Made by a program: the position numbers and the translations under genes. Below are positions 1 through 13,122 of a stretch of 64,000 nucleotides of DNA, in pieces; within the stretch, counting starts at the first letter, position 1, and the number at the start of each line of letters is the position of its first letter. The notes beneath the pieces were generated by a model, which saw nothing but the letters and a program-made list of their open reading frames with translations, was not told the origin of the DNA and did no database searches. This DNA comes from the human T2T-CHM13v2.0 reference genome, Homo sapiens: assembly GCF_009914755.1 (NCBI RefSeq), contig NC_060933.1; one strand, written 5' to 3'.

Positions 1-403
1 TTCTGGCATCTCTGAGCTTTCAAGCACCACCATATTCCCCTCATCCAGACACTGGTGCCCACAGTGGAAGTTTCTTGTGGTATGTCTGGTCCAACTGGAG
101 CCTTGCATGGAGCCAGCACCTGTGCCGGTGCCTGAAGCTGCCCACCCCACTGCAGCAGCCAGTATGCCTGGCTGTGTGCAGTAGTCAGACCCCACACTCA
201 CTTACTTACATACCCCTTGCCACTCTGCACCTGGCTCAGCCTTAGCAGGTGTGGGATCCAGGCTGGTAGTGCAAGCCAAGTGCAGTCTGCTGGGCCAAGT
301 GGGCAGAACTAGCCCAGTGAAAGCAAGCCATACTCAGGCATAAGGTGCTGCTGTCTACAGAGGTTTCTGGCTGGTGAAGTGACACCCCAAGGATCCTGTG
401 ACA
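1..403 (+). mobile_element. ERV1-class LTR, MER52-like, 3' part (continues off the left edge)
   Basis: GC-richer block ending ...GGCTGGTGAAGTGACACCCCAAGGATCCTGTGACA, resembling the recalled MER52 terminus; ends in CA with no TGG primer-binding site after it. Confidence 0.6.
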
Positions 404-424
404 AAGCCACCCAAGAACACTACC

Positions 425-520
425 TCACTTAAGTCATTTAGCCAAAGTCACAGAGCTAGTGACTGATAATGCCAGAAGCCAGGGTCCAGAGCCTGTGCTC
501 TTCACTACTCCACATGACAA
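425..520 (-). mobile_element. MIR SINE fragment
   Basis: AAGTCATTTAGCCAAAGTCACAGAGCTAGT...CCAGAGCCTGTGCTCTT matches the reverse complement of the MIR core. Confidence 0.7.
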
Positions 521-1899
521 TGTTATCAATAATAATATACATTCTTAACATGCTACATTTTATCCTTTATTTTCAGAAGTTATCGTTATTTCTTGATTCT
601 GTAAGTCTGAACCCTTGTCAATGGGAATGGTGGTTTCTGTATTGCAAAACAACTTATTTCCTCTCACTTGATAGTTGCCATGTTCCTCACATTGTCCCAA
701 AGGGCTGGAGATACATGGTCCCTACACCTCATCCTGACCACCCTGAAGCTTGTGATCAAAGCCACAGAACTTGCTCATCTTCCGCAGATCAAGCATAATC
801 TGACATGTCTTGATTTGCCTCTCTTGGAAAAGGAATGAGCTAGAAAAACAGGAAATAAACTGGAGAAATAGCTATGTACACAGTAGCAGGCTTGTGAAGG
901 AGACAAAATAGTGTCACCATCTATAGTGGTCTATCAACATTTAAAATTGTTATTTTTTTTACATATTTTATTGCTCCCTTTGTTCCATCAGAATAATGTG
1001 TACAGTGTCCATATGCAATTACACCTAAAAGTATATTATGTAGAAAACAGCATTCAGAGCTGTCAGAGAAACTTGAAGTAATACATTTTGAAAGCAAATC
1101 TGAAACAAAAATTTAAGAATATACAAGGCAAAATTGCACCTGATTCTGCCTGGTGACAATGTTACTTATTGTTGGCAACATTTTTAAAGATGAAATCCTG
1201 TGGCTATAATTCCTTTTGTGATTCTCTGTTAACCCAGAAGGGGGAAAAAAACATGATTATGGGTTATGATTTACTACCTCACATTACTAAGGGCATCTGA
1301 ATTCAAAAAAGGAGAGATTCTACCTGACCTCACATATAATTAATTCTCCTGATCTGTGCAAATGGTTACAAAGTAATTTGAGGATATATATCACAATTTT
1401 GATATTATTAAGCAAGACAGAGCAAGATAGAACATTATAGAGAAAATACATTATTTTATAATTTGGGGAAATTTTTTTCTTTCATTCAAGGATCCTAGGG
1501 AATGTTTATTTTTCATTTTACCTTGAATACCTCATTATGATTATTATGTTTATCACTAGGATATGGAATGAAACAAATTAAGGAACCCCTTATTTCATAG
1601 GTTCTCTGAAGAGTCATCAAAGCTAATTCTGAATGACAGATCCTGGATCTGCTCCATTATTCATTTTGAATTGCACATGTCTCTCCATTATGTTGTTATG
1701 CACATTCAAGCACATCCAGTTTATAATATAAAATTTCAAATACTGGAATGCTTGGCCATTTTAAGCTGGGTTTCAGAGGAGCATACTGCTAACAGCACAA
1801 ATTTTAAACAAGGTCCAAATCCCTAACATTTATTAGCTATTTGTCCTTGGGCAACTATTATACTTAATTAATATCCACCATGCTGAACAAAGCCTTGGC

Positions 1900-2570
1900 T
1901 TTTTCTTTTTGCTCCTCACCACATTCAATCAATTACTAAGTCTTATAATTTCTATTTCCTAAACCTCTTTTGACTCTATTCACTAATCTTGATCCCTTTT
2001 GTTATTACGTGCTCCAAAGCACTGTTATTTTTCTCCCTCACCTCTGCAAAAGCCTTCAAACTGGTTTTCCTTCACCTACTTATGCTCTTTTCTAATCCAT
2101 TCCCTACAGAGCAGCCAGAATGATCTTTTTACAGTGCAAATCTGATTATATTTCACTGTTAATTAAAACAAACAAAATACAAGTAAGCAAATAGGCTTTC
2201 TGCCTTCCCATTCCCTTTGGGCTAAAATCTAAAATTAACAGGTGGCCTGCAGGAATACCATAAATGACAGGAAGCCTCTATGCTCCCTCTCACTCTCTGC
2301 CCTGCAGTCACACTGGATGCCTTTTATTTTTCTAAAAAGTGCCAGACTCCTTCTCATCTCAGGATAGGTGTTCCTTTCTCTGCCTTAAAGAATCTGCCCT
2401 CCCCCTCAGTGCCCAACTGTCAATATCCCTTTGGCTGTCTAACTCTTATGAGGATTTAGATTAACTGTCACTTTCTTAGAGAATCCTTCCCTGACCCTCC
2501 ATCCTAGGTTAGGTTTGCCTGATATCTATCCCCATATGACTCTGGATTTTTCTGTATTACTTTTCATAAT
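1900..2570 (+). mobile_element. LINE-2 3' region, degraded
   Basis: CAGAGCAGCCAGAATGATCTTTT...AAATCTGATTAT and TGTCACTTTCTTAGAGAATCCTTCCCTGACC are typical L2 3' motifs; boundaries approximate. Confidence 0.7.
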
Positions 2571-2576
2571 TGCAAC

Positions 2577-2932
2577 TGTTAGGTCTGGACGTTTGTGTCC
2601 CTAAAAATTCATATGCTGAAACCCAATCTCTAATGCAACAGTATTAAGAGGTGGAGGCTTTAGAAGGTGATTAATCATGAGGGCTGTGTCCTTATGAATG
2701 GAATTAGTTGCTTGTAAAACTCAAAGGTAGCTTGTTTGCCCTTCCACCATGTGAGGACACAACTAGAAGGTACCATGTGCGAACCAGAAGAGTGAGCCAT
2801 CACCAGACATGGAATTTACTAGTGCCTTGATCTTGGACTTCCCAGTTTCTAGAACTGTAAGAAACATCTTTGCTGCTTATAAGCCACACAGTTTATTGTA
2901 TTTCATTATAGCAGCCCAGGTGGACTAAGACA
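2577..2932 (+). mobile_element. MaLR solo LTR, MLT1A-like
   Basis: TG...CA termini, 356 bp, motif GCCTTGATCTTGGACTTCCCAG, ends GGACTAAGACA; exact 5-bp TSD GCAAC at 2572-2576 and 2933-2937. Confidence 0.9.
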
Positions 2933-2957
2933 GCAACCAACTGATTTTTCCTCTAAT

Positions 2958-3012
2958 GAGTTTGAAGTCAGCCTGGGGAACATAGTGAGATCTCATCTCT
3001 AAAAAAATTAAA
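2958..3012 (+). mobile_element. Short 5'-truncated Alu monomer fragment (FLAM/AluJ-like)
   Basis: GAGTTTGAAGTCAGCCTGGGGAACATAGTGAGATCTCATCTCT followed by an A-rich tract. Confidence 0.65.
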
Positions 3013-3209
3013 CTAATAGATGTTTCAAAAGATTGAAACTGTTAGCTTTCACTATTTTGAAATGATTAATAGAATCTTCTCTCAGTATTCATTAAAGTCT
3101 AAATGCACAGCTAACATTGGAGAACTATATATGTTGTCAAACAATGCAAACAAGTTTATAACACAAAACTTTACATTACTTGCTTGATATAGGAACTCAT
3201 CTCTTTTTA

Positions 3210-3830
3210 TTGTGATGCACTGGATATATTGGGAAAAATTTTTAAATAAGAACACATATTGATTACAGTAAGGCAGTGAAATATCCTTTGACATCTTTGT
3301 GGATAAGATGGAGGATTATGGTCATAGTGGATGATTTATAATTTGCTGATTTTAATTGATGCCAGAGATAGAAGAGAGGTCTCTATTCCTGTCCTTGTAC
3401 CACTCAGTTTTATCAATGAATTGCTAAGCTTCTCTGTGGATCATACTACCTAGAGCTGCAAATGAAGGGGGTACGTGCAGGGAGAGAGACAGCTAGTCTT
3501 TCTACTGGCAAAACTGATTAAGATCTAAAAATATCTTGAAAAGATAGAATAAAGGACAAATAAAACCAGCATTAAAATGCTGTATGAGTTTGAAAGTTGT
3601 GCACCTACAAAATGGAGAATACTTTCTGGGTTGACAGCAGGTAGTACAAAAAACCTTGCAGAATTTAATAGTCAAGGACATGACTGGTACTAAAAGTTAA
3701 ACAACAGCATATCCCAAAACACATTTAAAAACTGCTATAAGACAATTTTAGATTTTATTAATAGGCCATAGAGTCAGAAAGCATTCTGATGTTTAAATTT
3801 CAAGGCTCATATTTTGAACTCTTACTGATA
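3210..3830 (+). mobile_element. Probable CR1/L3 LINE relic
   Basis: Weak resemblance to recalled L3 ORF2 sequence (GACATCTTTGTGGATAAGATGGAG...; TTTTATCAATGA); highly diverged. Confidence 0.4.
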
Positions 3831-3859
3831 AGACAAAACGCATGCAAAAGAAGACGTTT

Positions 3860-4390
3860 GTTAAAAAATACATATTGCATACTTACTACCTATATAAAGC
3901 TATTTGCTAAAGGCAATTGCAGGGGAGGGACAACAAGTTCTTGATACCCAAGAACATACAGTTTTCAAAAAGGAGATGATCCAGATGCAGATAAATACAA
4001 TAGAAGTGAGAAAATGGAAAGGCCTAGAAAAGAAGGTAAATCTAAAAGTGCTATGGAAATTGAAAAGAAAGTGATTTATTTCCTTCTGATCATAAAGAAC
4101 AGACAGCTTCTAGGTGGAAGGAGCATTTAAGCTAGCCTTGAGTGACTGGTAGGATTCTGCATCTGGAGAAAACAGTACAGCAAATAGAGGAAAGAGTGTG
4201 ATGAGAGAGTGCAGCCACAATACCTAGGGTAAGTTTGGGAATGTTAAGTTATCCAGTTTGACTAAAATGTAGGACAAGTCAGGGATATATCAAGGGAACA
4301 AAGAAAAGCATTACCACCAGATTGGTACCACATAGTGAAGGGCCATAAGTATCACATCAAGGAGCTAGGCTTGATTCTGTTGGCAACGAC
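3860..4390 (-). mobile_element. LINE-2 fragment
   Basis: Purine-rich reverse-strand L2 motifs, e.g. GGAAGGAGCATTTAAGCTAGCCTTGAGTGACTGGTAGGATT. Confidence 0.55.
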
Positions 4391-4416
4391 AATCCATTCT
4401 GCCTATGTATTCACAT

Positions 4417-4418
<2 letters not shown>

Positions 4419-4466
<48 letters not shown>
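4419..4466. repeat. (GT)24 microsatellite
   Basis: Perfect GT dinucleotide run. Confidence 0.98.
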
Positions 4467-4467
<1 letters not shown>

Positions 4468-5560
4468 GGGAAGGTAGATTTTATTTGGTTGTTTTAATAT
4501 TGGCCTTTTCTATAACAAATGGTTTTCTTGTGTCTTTCTAGGCTATGAATCAAGGCATCACGCCACAGCCTGTCTATGTGATGCTGTTGTTGGATTTTGC
4601 ACTAGCTGTCTCCACTGTATTCCAAAGTTTACTTACAGGGAAGCACTGGCTGGATTAACAAAGCATCTCAAAGTCCTATGGCAGACAAGGTAGACTAATT
4701 TCTTACTTCTTGCATATTCTGCCATAGTATCCACAAACAGTTTGTTTTCAAGCAAAGCACAGAAGTGCATTTCTTTTTTTAAAAAAAAGTGATTATGAGC
4801 AATGTTTAAAATAAATATCCATAAAGCCAGAAAAGGAGTTTAATATTTAATAGTTGGCCTGTTGCCAATGCTCTTTTGAATACTGAGTACTGCTACTTAA
4901 AGTAGGAAAAACAAAGTAAAATGCTATTTTATATAATACTACCTCAATACCCAACAAGTTACTCGTCTACTAAAGAGTAAAACAAACAAACCAAAATCCC
5001 ATTTTTTTTCTCCCTTTGAAGAATCAATTCTTTATTACCATACGACGAGTCTGGAAAATGGAGATCAGCTAGAATGTTTATAAAAGGCAGACTTGGAATG
5101 TTTCGACTGCCATTTCTTACCTGATTTTCTTTGCTTCAATTACTAGTCCCCACCTATTGGTTCAATATTATCTACTTTATGAATCAATTCTGAGACTGAC
5201 TGTACAGAAGTAAACTTGGTGACACCATCCACTGAGACTTGAAATTAAGTCACCAAATCAGGCTAAATTATCCAGCAATTTCTGCCTTTCTTAGAGTTGA
5301 CTATAGCCAAATCTCATTTCCTTATCCCCTGGTCCTTGCATTGCAGGAAGGAGGGAGTGCTAGAATGTTCTTGGATTCGTAGGCACACCATTCCGCATTA
5401 CTCATGCATCACACCATAACTTAGACTCCCTTCTTGAGATGTCTTCTTGCAATATTCAGTCTTGTGGATTGAATTTCCCGGTATGCAAGATGACTGAAAC
5501 ACATCTGAACTTGTATACACTTTGAACATTGTTCTTTGGGCTGTCAACTATTCTCTCTTG

Positions 5561-5740
5561 CAGTGCTTCTGAAATGTAATCTGTGGACCCCCTGTAACAG
5601 ATTTAAGGACATTCCTTAAAATCAGACCCCTAAGTCCAATCTAAGACCCATCAAACAGATAGGGTATTGGGTCCCGTCAATCTGCCTACTCACAAACTTC
5701 CTAGATGAATCCTCTGTTCATTAAAGTCTGAGTATAAGTG
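5561..5740. mobile_element. MER5-like hAT-Charlie MITE
   Basis: ~180 bp beginning CAGTGCTTCTGAAA and ending AAAGTCTGAGTATAAGTG, with degenerate terminal inverted repeats. Confidence 0.55.
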
Positions 5741-8700
5741 CTTTTTAAGAAGTGTTCTATTTAACAAATCATCACAGTTTTAAAGATAGTGAAAAAGAGT
5801 GGGCTTTTGAGCTGCAGAGAACAATTAAAGCAGTTTTGGAGGAGGCCAAGGCCATGATCCTTGTTGCTAAACATCTAGAGTAGTAGCATTAATTATGAAG
5901 ATTTGATTAGATTAGGATCCTTTTGCTCCTTTTAACTTTGAGGCTCAGAAAATGACCAAATAAAAATGGTACTTAAACACTGAAGTATGATCAGTCACAT
6001 TGGAATTAAACATTTCTCTACCTAATTAGTTTACTTATCAAATCAACCTAACCCAAGAACATTGTTTCTGCTACCATCAATCCATGCCGTATGTCAATAC
6101 AGTAGAGTGTTCCTGACTATGGGTTGAAGTATGACTATTAAAAACATAATCTTTACATTTTCATGACTTTTTAAATGTATATATTAACTTGGCTGGAAGA
6201 GATTCCTCATATTTCCATTTTATACTCTATTGTCATTATAAAAATAAAAGTTAAACCACATAAAAATGAATGATTAATAGTTGTATTTAAATGGCCCACT
6301 CTCCTCATTGATTTTATCACTTAATTGTGGTGAACAGTATAAATGAGCCTGAGTCCTTTCCTTCATTTTGAATAGAAATAGTCTTAATTTTTTTCATTGT
6401 TTAAATTGGTAGAGTAGTTTAAAAGACTACAATTGTATCTTCAAAGTGAAAAAAGATAAAATTTTTGAATGCAAGTGTGTCAAATTGTTTAACAAAAATA
6501 CAGTTCCATATAACTAACCAATAGGATCAATTATTAGTTCTAATTCTTCAATATTTCCCTGTGTTTATAAGAACTCTACTTGGGTATAATGTTTCAATAA
6601 TTCACTTACAATGTTCTTTATGAACATTACTCTCAATAACATTATCTCTCCAGACTTTAAAACAATTATCTGAAGAAAATAATCATTTCATAGAAGGAAA
6701 AGAGAGAAGAGAAATGGCAGTAGAATGCTTATCTCACTTCTCAGGCTATAGTCTAACACCAGGAAAATAATGTTTAAACAATGGCATTGAATGTGTATGC
6801 AAACAGGTTCGATAAAGCTTTACTTTTTTAATTGAATCAACTCATAGATTCAATAAAACAACTGAAGAAATTCAGCCAAACCAATGAACAATCATCAAAT
6901 ACACAAATTCAGGTGGTTTTTATAAACTCTTTATCTTGCCACAAATTGGGTTAGTATGGAGTAGAAAATGTTCTTAGTGTATTTTTAAACCAATTATTCA
7001 TTAAAATATATTATGGGAGCAATATTGACAATCTCTTTAGAATGAAAGCTAACTAAATTTCGGATGGTAAATCTAAGTATCTATGTTTGCACCTTGGCTA
7101 CATTTTGCCATCAGTCTGTATGAATATTTTGGTGTTATATCTGATATTATAAAGGGATTTAGCTACACCCAGTAGCCTACTAAATATTTTAAATATAGGC
7201 TTAAATATAGTTGAAATAATTGTACTGTCTTTTATAAAATTCCAACTGAATATGTGCATAATAATGATCAACATGAAGTAATTATCAATATTAAGTACTG
7301 TAAAAATGTAAAATTTTAGTGTATATTATTTTTAAAGCTTCTTGACCATTAAAATATACTGCAATAGAATATTGAGCATATGAAAAACTCTAACATTGAA
7401 ATAGGTAGAGTACACTAAAAAATAAATTCTCATTTTATTTACATGTTTTACTTATTTATCCAACATTCATATGCACTAGTTCAAACAAAATCACAGCAAT
7501 TAAGATGGATGAAAAGTGACACTTTTTTAGTCTTTTCATTGAGATATGATTTAGAATATTTTCATATGTAAACTAAGTCAATATTCAGACAATTACTCTC
7601 ATTTACTAAGCAAAAGAGTAGCAAATTTTACTGAGTGCACAGTCCCTGATCTCAAGGACTCACATGTCTTAAGAAAATAATCATAGTAAGTAAAATAATA
7701 GAACAGCTTTCACGAACTACATTTAGTAGAAGGCTTGTGTCCCATGGGATGTTAAACCATGTGTGAAACATGTATTTCATAGAGGAATATATATGGGAAA
7801 CTCTGCATATTATGAAGTCTACTCTTAAAGACTCACAATAAACATGAAAACTGAAAAGGCTCTGACTATTCCTAGAATAAAAACACTTGCTTAATTTTAT
7901 TAAATACATAATTTTCCAATTTTGTTGACCCTAGAATATTCTTTATCCCCTACCTCATGCAATACACTGTTAGCATTCTACAGGGCTAGTGTCCTTGGAT
8001 CATGGTTTGTGGATAATAGCAATAAAAGTATAAATTAGGGAAAGTGATTGCATACAAGAAGTGATTACGTCTGTTGGTCAAGGAAGGTTTTAAATATAGA
8101 AATGCCTGGGCTGGGTCTGGAAGAATTAGTAGAAATTTGCTAGATCCAAAAGAAAGAAGTACAGTCTAGACAAAATGTAAGCATATATGTACAAACATGG
8201 GTAAGAGCCCAGAGGTGTGGAAAAAGTGAAATGTACTGAGTTGAAGGAGAGCAGTAAGAGTTAACACTGAAAGAATAGGCACGAGATAGTCATAGTTCTT
8301 GTATATCTTGCTTAAGGAGGAGTTTAAATGTTAGACTTTATTGTGCAAAACTTAAAAAGTCATGCATATTTGCCAAATATATAAAATTGGGAAAAGTTTA
8401 GACTTAGCATTAAGATCAATGACTCTGATATAAATAAAGATAATAGATTTGAGTAGAATGATACTGGAATAAGAACTGAAATGGCAATATATAATGTACC
8501 ATAAAATTTCGAAATGGTTGTTAACATTTTTATTTATTCAATATTTTCCCAGCATTTTCTGTGTTCCAACCACTATGCTAGTCACTGGGATATGAGAGTG
8601 AATAAAAAAGAGTCCCTACTCTCAAGAAATTCAATTTATTATGAAAGATGCTCATACAAAGAGATAAAATATAGTGAGGTGCACACAGTTCCATCATTTG

Positions 8701-11479
8701 ACACTCTGTACTGTATAACAAATGCTCGGTTAATTTTTTTGGATGTGTGAAGTGGATGAATGTTGGAGGTAATATCAGTGTTCTATTAAAATATAAAGAA
8801 ACCTGATGCAACTTTCTGGTCTATTTGTTTTGCTTGACAGTAAAATTTTAATACAGTCTTTCAAATTGTGAAATAAATAAAATATTCAGATACATTTTTA
8901 AGGTAAGACTCAAAGACAAAGAAATTTCATGATTGTCTCTTCTTTGTCCTTAGGGATATTTAAGTTAAAAAGCTTTAAAATCACTACCTAGATTATTGGG
9001 AATCTCTACAAGTTTTTCAAAAGAGGAGTAAAATGGTCTAATTCAGATTTATAGAAAATCATACCAGATTTCTTGCTAATACTAGAATATAAATGTATGT
9101 TGAGCCCTTTATTTCATTGATGCTCCTTTTGCTCAAGATCTTTTTGGAACTCCTCCTTGGCAACCACCTTCAGGGCCCACAGCACATGACTCAAAAAGCT
9201 TCCTAATTCTTTACTCAGTGTCAGTGTCTTTAGAGTTGTTTTTCTGATTAGTGGTTTAAAAAAAATCATTTGGATGGCTCTTCTGAACCACATAGATATT
9301 GCATATGAATACTGACCCATGCCTTTAATTTTTGCTGCAGCTGCCTTGCAGTCTGTCTGCATTCATGGCTGGAATGGTGAAATGAGAAGTCCGAAAGATT
9401 AAAATGGACCAAGGAGTTGGAAGTAGGCTTTTAATGAGACACGCTAAAATCAGTCTTGAGTAATGAGAGTGTCACTGTAAATAGAGAACAACCTCTCAAA
9501 GAGATAACCTAGAAGGTAAGTAAGAGGCTGGAATGCACAAATCCTGTTAAGACATTAGTCATACTACTTCACTTTATTAACTCTCAGATTCTCAGATTAT
9601 AAACAATAAATATCAATATATACCAACACAAGTCACTTTTCCATTGCTTATATTTGTCTTCCTTTTATGACACTTTGCTAAAATTGTTTTTCAACTTTTG
9701 CACTTATTTTTAAGCTGTGTCTCTGTTACCTCTCCTGTGGAAAAAAGCACACACATACACACAAACACAGGCCACCTTCAAACAGTGAACTCAAACAAAA
9801 TTTCCAAAAGGGTTGATATAACACCTGCAGAATAATGTATTTAAAAGATGAGTATATAGGCAACAGATAGACATTAGAGGGCATGGTAGACATGAGGAAG
9901 TCTATACAAGAAAAGTAAGTCTCAAATGTTGCATTTAAACAGGTTGTTGGTATTTAGGATACATACATATACATATTATATATATATACACAATGTACAT
10001 ATATATTCTGTACTGTATAAGTTTTGATCATTGAAACTGCAAGATAAAGACACTTAAATGAAATAAGATGAAAGTGTGGGAAGCAATACTGCAAAAGGAA
10101 TCAATTCAAAGCAGTGAATTATTACAGCTAATTCCTTTAAATAGGTTTTTGCACTTGACAGATATCATAGAAAATGGATTTTTCCCTCAAAATAAAGGAT
10201 GACAAACATTTCTGAAACTTCTTTTTTCCTTAGGACAATTTTAATATAGATGAAAGAGCTTTAGATAAATGAGTTAACAAAAAAATACTACTTAACCATC
10301 TGCTAGAACATAATGTGATACATTTTTGACACCTCTTAGCTTCTTTAGCTGAATTTCAGAATGCAACCATTAGTATTAAGAGCAGGTACTAAGGATTTTC
10401 CAAATCATTTTGTTATTCTTATCAATATTTCTAGTATTCTTTTAGATCCCTTCACTCACTTTCTCTATTGCTTTCCATTTCCTGAAGTTTTAAATAAAAT
10501 TTCCCTTCTGTTTGTCTTGTAGGAAAAATCATCATGCTTACCACATAGAATGTGAGTTGTAGGAGAGACACAATGGGAGACATCGGTTAAGGGACAAAAG
10601 ACATTAACATTTTAGGTGATTGTGAGTTCATAATTTTTCCAGAACACAAGCATTGCATGGCTACTCTAATATACTAGATTATTAAAATAGATATATCTTT
10701 GCCCTACCTGATAAACACTATTTGTATAAGTGAATATATTTTTAATATTAATCCAATATATTTCATAAGAAATATTTGATTTGCAAAGTAATCTGAGCAT
10801 TACGATGATTCCCTATCTAAATACTGGCATGGTGAAAATGAGGACAAATCTACCCTTTCTCTAATGTAGTTACAGGCAAGCTATACTCATATAATAAACA
10901 TAGAACGTACAATCAAAACCAATGCATGAGTGTAGGATGCAACTAAAGTCAAGAGCCAAAGAGTAAAAGATAGGTATGGGTTTTGAGAAGGGACCACATG
11001 AAGAGCAATGTATTTAATTTGTAAATCTATGCTCTCGTGACAGTCTGGGAGAATAGGCCATGCTACTCTCTTGCTTACAACCCAGCAATGGCATTCTACT
11101 ATTCATAAGGACAGGTACAAACTACTTACATAAACTATTATGGCCTTCATTAGACAGCCTTCATCTAATTCTGAAATCCTGTCTCCCACATCCCCCTGCC
11201 TTGTAGAGTATACTCTGAAAGTACGAACCATTTGGCAGTTCTTCACCTACACCATGGCATTTTTCTTTTAACCAGGGGCTATACTCTCTGACCATGATGC
11301 CCTCTGTATCAGGAAGGCACTATTTTCTCATTTGCCAGGTGGACACATACTTTTTTAAGACTCTGCTTAGCATATTAGTAGTACCACTAACTTCCATATT
11401 CCCATGTGTTCTCTTATATCTCATTTTTATCTTCAAACTTTGTTTCTCAAATAATAACTAACATTTTTTAACCTGTTAT

Positions 11480-11670
11480 GGTTAGTAATTTTTGAGTGTT
11501 TATCTTATGCTGTGTTGTGTTTTATAAGCCATATGCTATTCAATCACCACATAAACTTTATTGAGGTAAGTGCTATTGTTATTGCCATTTTACACATAAG
11601 CAAAGTGAAAAAGACTTGTTGAAGTCAATGCTGGTTAGTACTAAGACCAAGATTCAACACAAGGCAACTA
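11480..11670 (-). mobile_element. MIR SINE
   Basis: TGAGGTAAGTGCTATTGTTATTGCCATTTTACACATAAGCAAAGTGA matches the reverse-complemented MIR core. Confidence 0.7.
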
Positions 11671-12809
11671 CAGGGTCTGGCCTGGCTTGTCAGCCTACGC
11701 ACACACTTCTTCCTCCAACCTGAGTTGCTTCTATACTGGATTGACTCATTTACAGCCTCCCAAGACTTTTCTCCATTCTCTCTATGTCTTCTAACTCAGA
11801 GGCATGGTAGTGAATTTCTTACAAATAATAAATACTTTCAAGAAAGTGAAGACAAATAAATATAAAATGTGGAAAGAGTACCAAAAGAGAAATTTGGGCT
11901 TGCAGAAGTCTCCCTTGATTTCAGAGCTTTGTACCATTCTGACTGTTCATTTTCCAGAGCACAGACAAGAGACTGTTGCAGATGTTTTTTGAGAAATTGC
12001 CCAGTAGTCTACCCATTTGAACCAGTGCCATCTTTCTCTATCCCAGACTATGACCTTGAATGCCAGATGGAGTTTTTTTTCTGACACGCATGACACAAAC
12101 TGAACATACAAACATAAGATATTTGCTAATTTGAAGCTTCTAGTTCAAGAAGTTCTTGTAAAAATATAAGAAATGAATTGGAACAAGGATTCTTTTTGGA
12201 GAAAACTCTTGTGTCGTTATGAAAGATCACTGGTCCTGCTAAACATATATGCTATGAACCATTTTGTGTTCATTCCTTGTGGGATTTATTCAAAATAATA
12301 TTTGGCTATTTTTACTTACATGTTATCTTTTCCTCACCCCTTTCACATTTGGAGAGCCTCCAGAACTTGGAAGCAAGAATCATTTTCTACAACCCATGGA
12401 GAGAGAGTACATTCCTGAAACTGCCAAAGTGCTATAAACTAGCCACTTAAATCATAAGTGAACATGATCTCTTACAGAGCTAATTCCAGAAGCAAGACAG
12501 TCAAGTTGTGCACATCATGGAAATATGCAAAGCTAGAGAGATTCAGGAGAAACCTTGACCCATCACAGTGGTTTAAAAAAATGTTCATGAGCTCTGTGTA
12601 TGACAGTCTTCTTGCATAAGCACAGAATCTTTTCCTTGCAAGGGACCAACTATATAGCTAATCACATAGTAAAATAAAAGAAAGCCTTTCAAACAGGACT
12701 GAAATGCTGGCAAAGCACACAGTGAAGGCTTAAGTTAATTTAATGTGACTAAACTATATTCCATAACCTTCAATCCTCAATAATGTCACCATGTCACAAA
12801 GAAAGTTTT

Positions 12810-13122
12810 TGCTTGTCTGTTTTAGAGATGGGGTCTCACTTTGTCACCCAGGCTGGAGTGCAGTGGACAATCATCGCTCACTGCAGCCTCAAACTCCTGG
12901 GCTCAAGCAATTCTTCCTGCCTCAGACTCACTAGTGGCTGGGACTACAGGTATGTGCCACTATGCCCAGCTAATAAAAAGAAAACAAAAATTAAAAAAAA
13001 ACCCTAAGAGATGGGGTCTCATTATATTGCCCAAGTTGGTCTCCAACTCCTGGCTTAGGCAATCCTCCTCCCTCAGCCTCCCAAGTAGCTGGAATTATAG
13101 GTATGAGTCACTGTGCTGCATG
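12810..13122 (-). mobile_element. AluJ, full dimer with an anomalous A-rich linker
   Basis: CTCACTGCAGCCTCAAACTCCTGGGCTCAAGCAAT is AluJ-diagnostic; candidate TSD GAAAGTTTT at 12801-12809 and 13123-13131. Confidence 0.9.

Noticed and set aside
469-798. 109-aa ORF
   Set aside because: Starts inside a MIR relic, has no recognisable domain or codon bias, and its length is expected by chance.
5904-5914. Exact DUX4-type motif TGATTAGATTA
   Set aside because: A single AT-rich 11-mer is not surprising in 64 kb of AT-rich DNA, and there is no supporting context.
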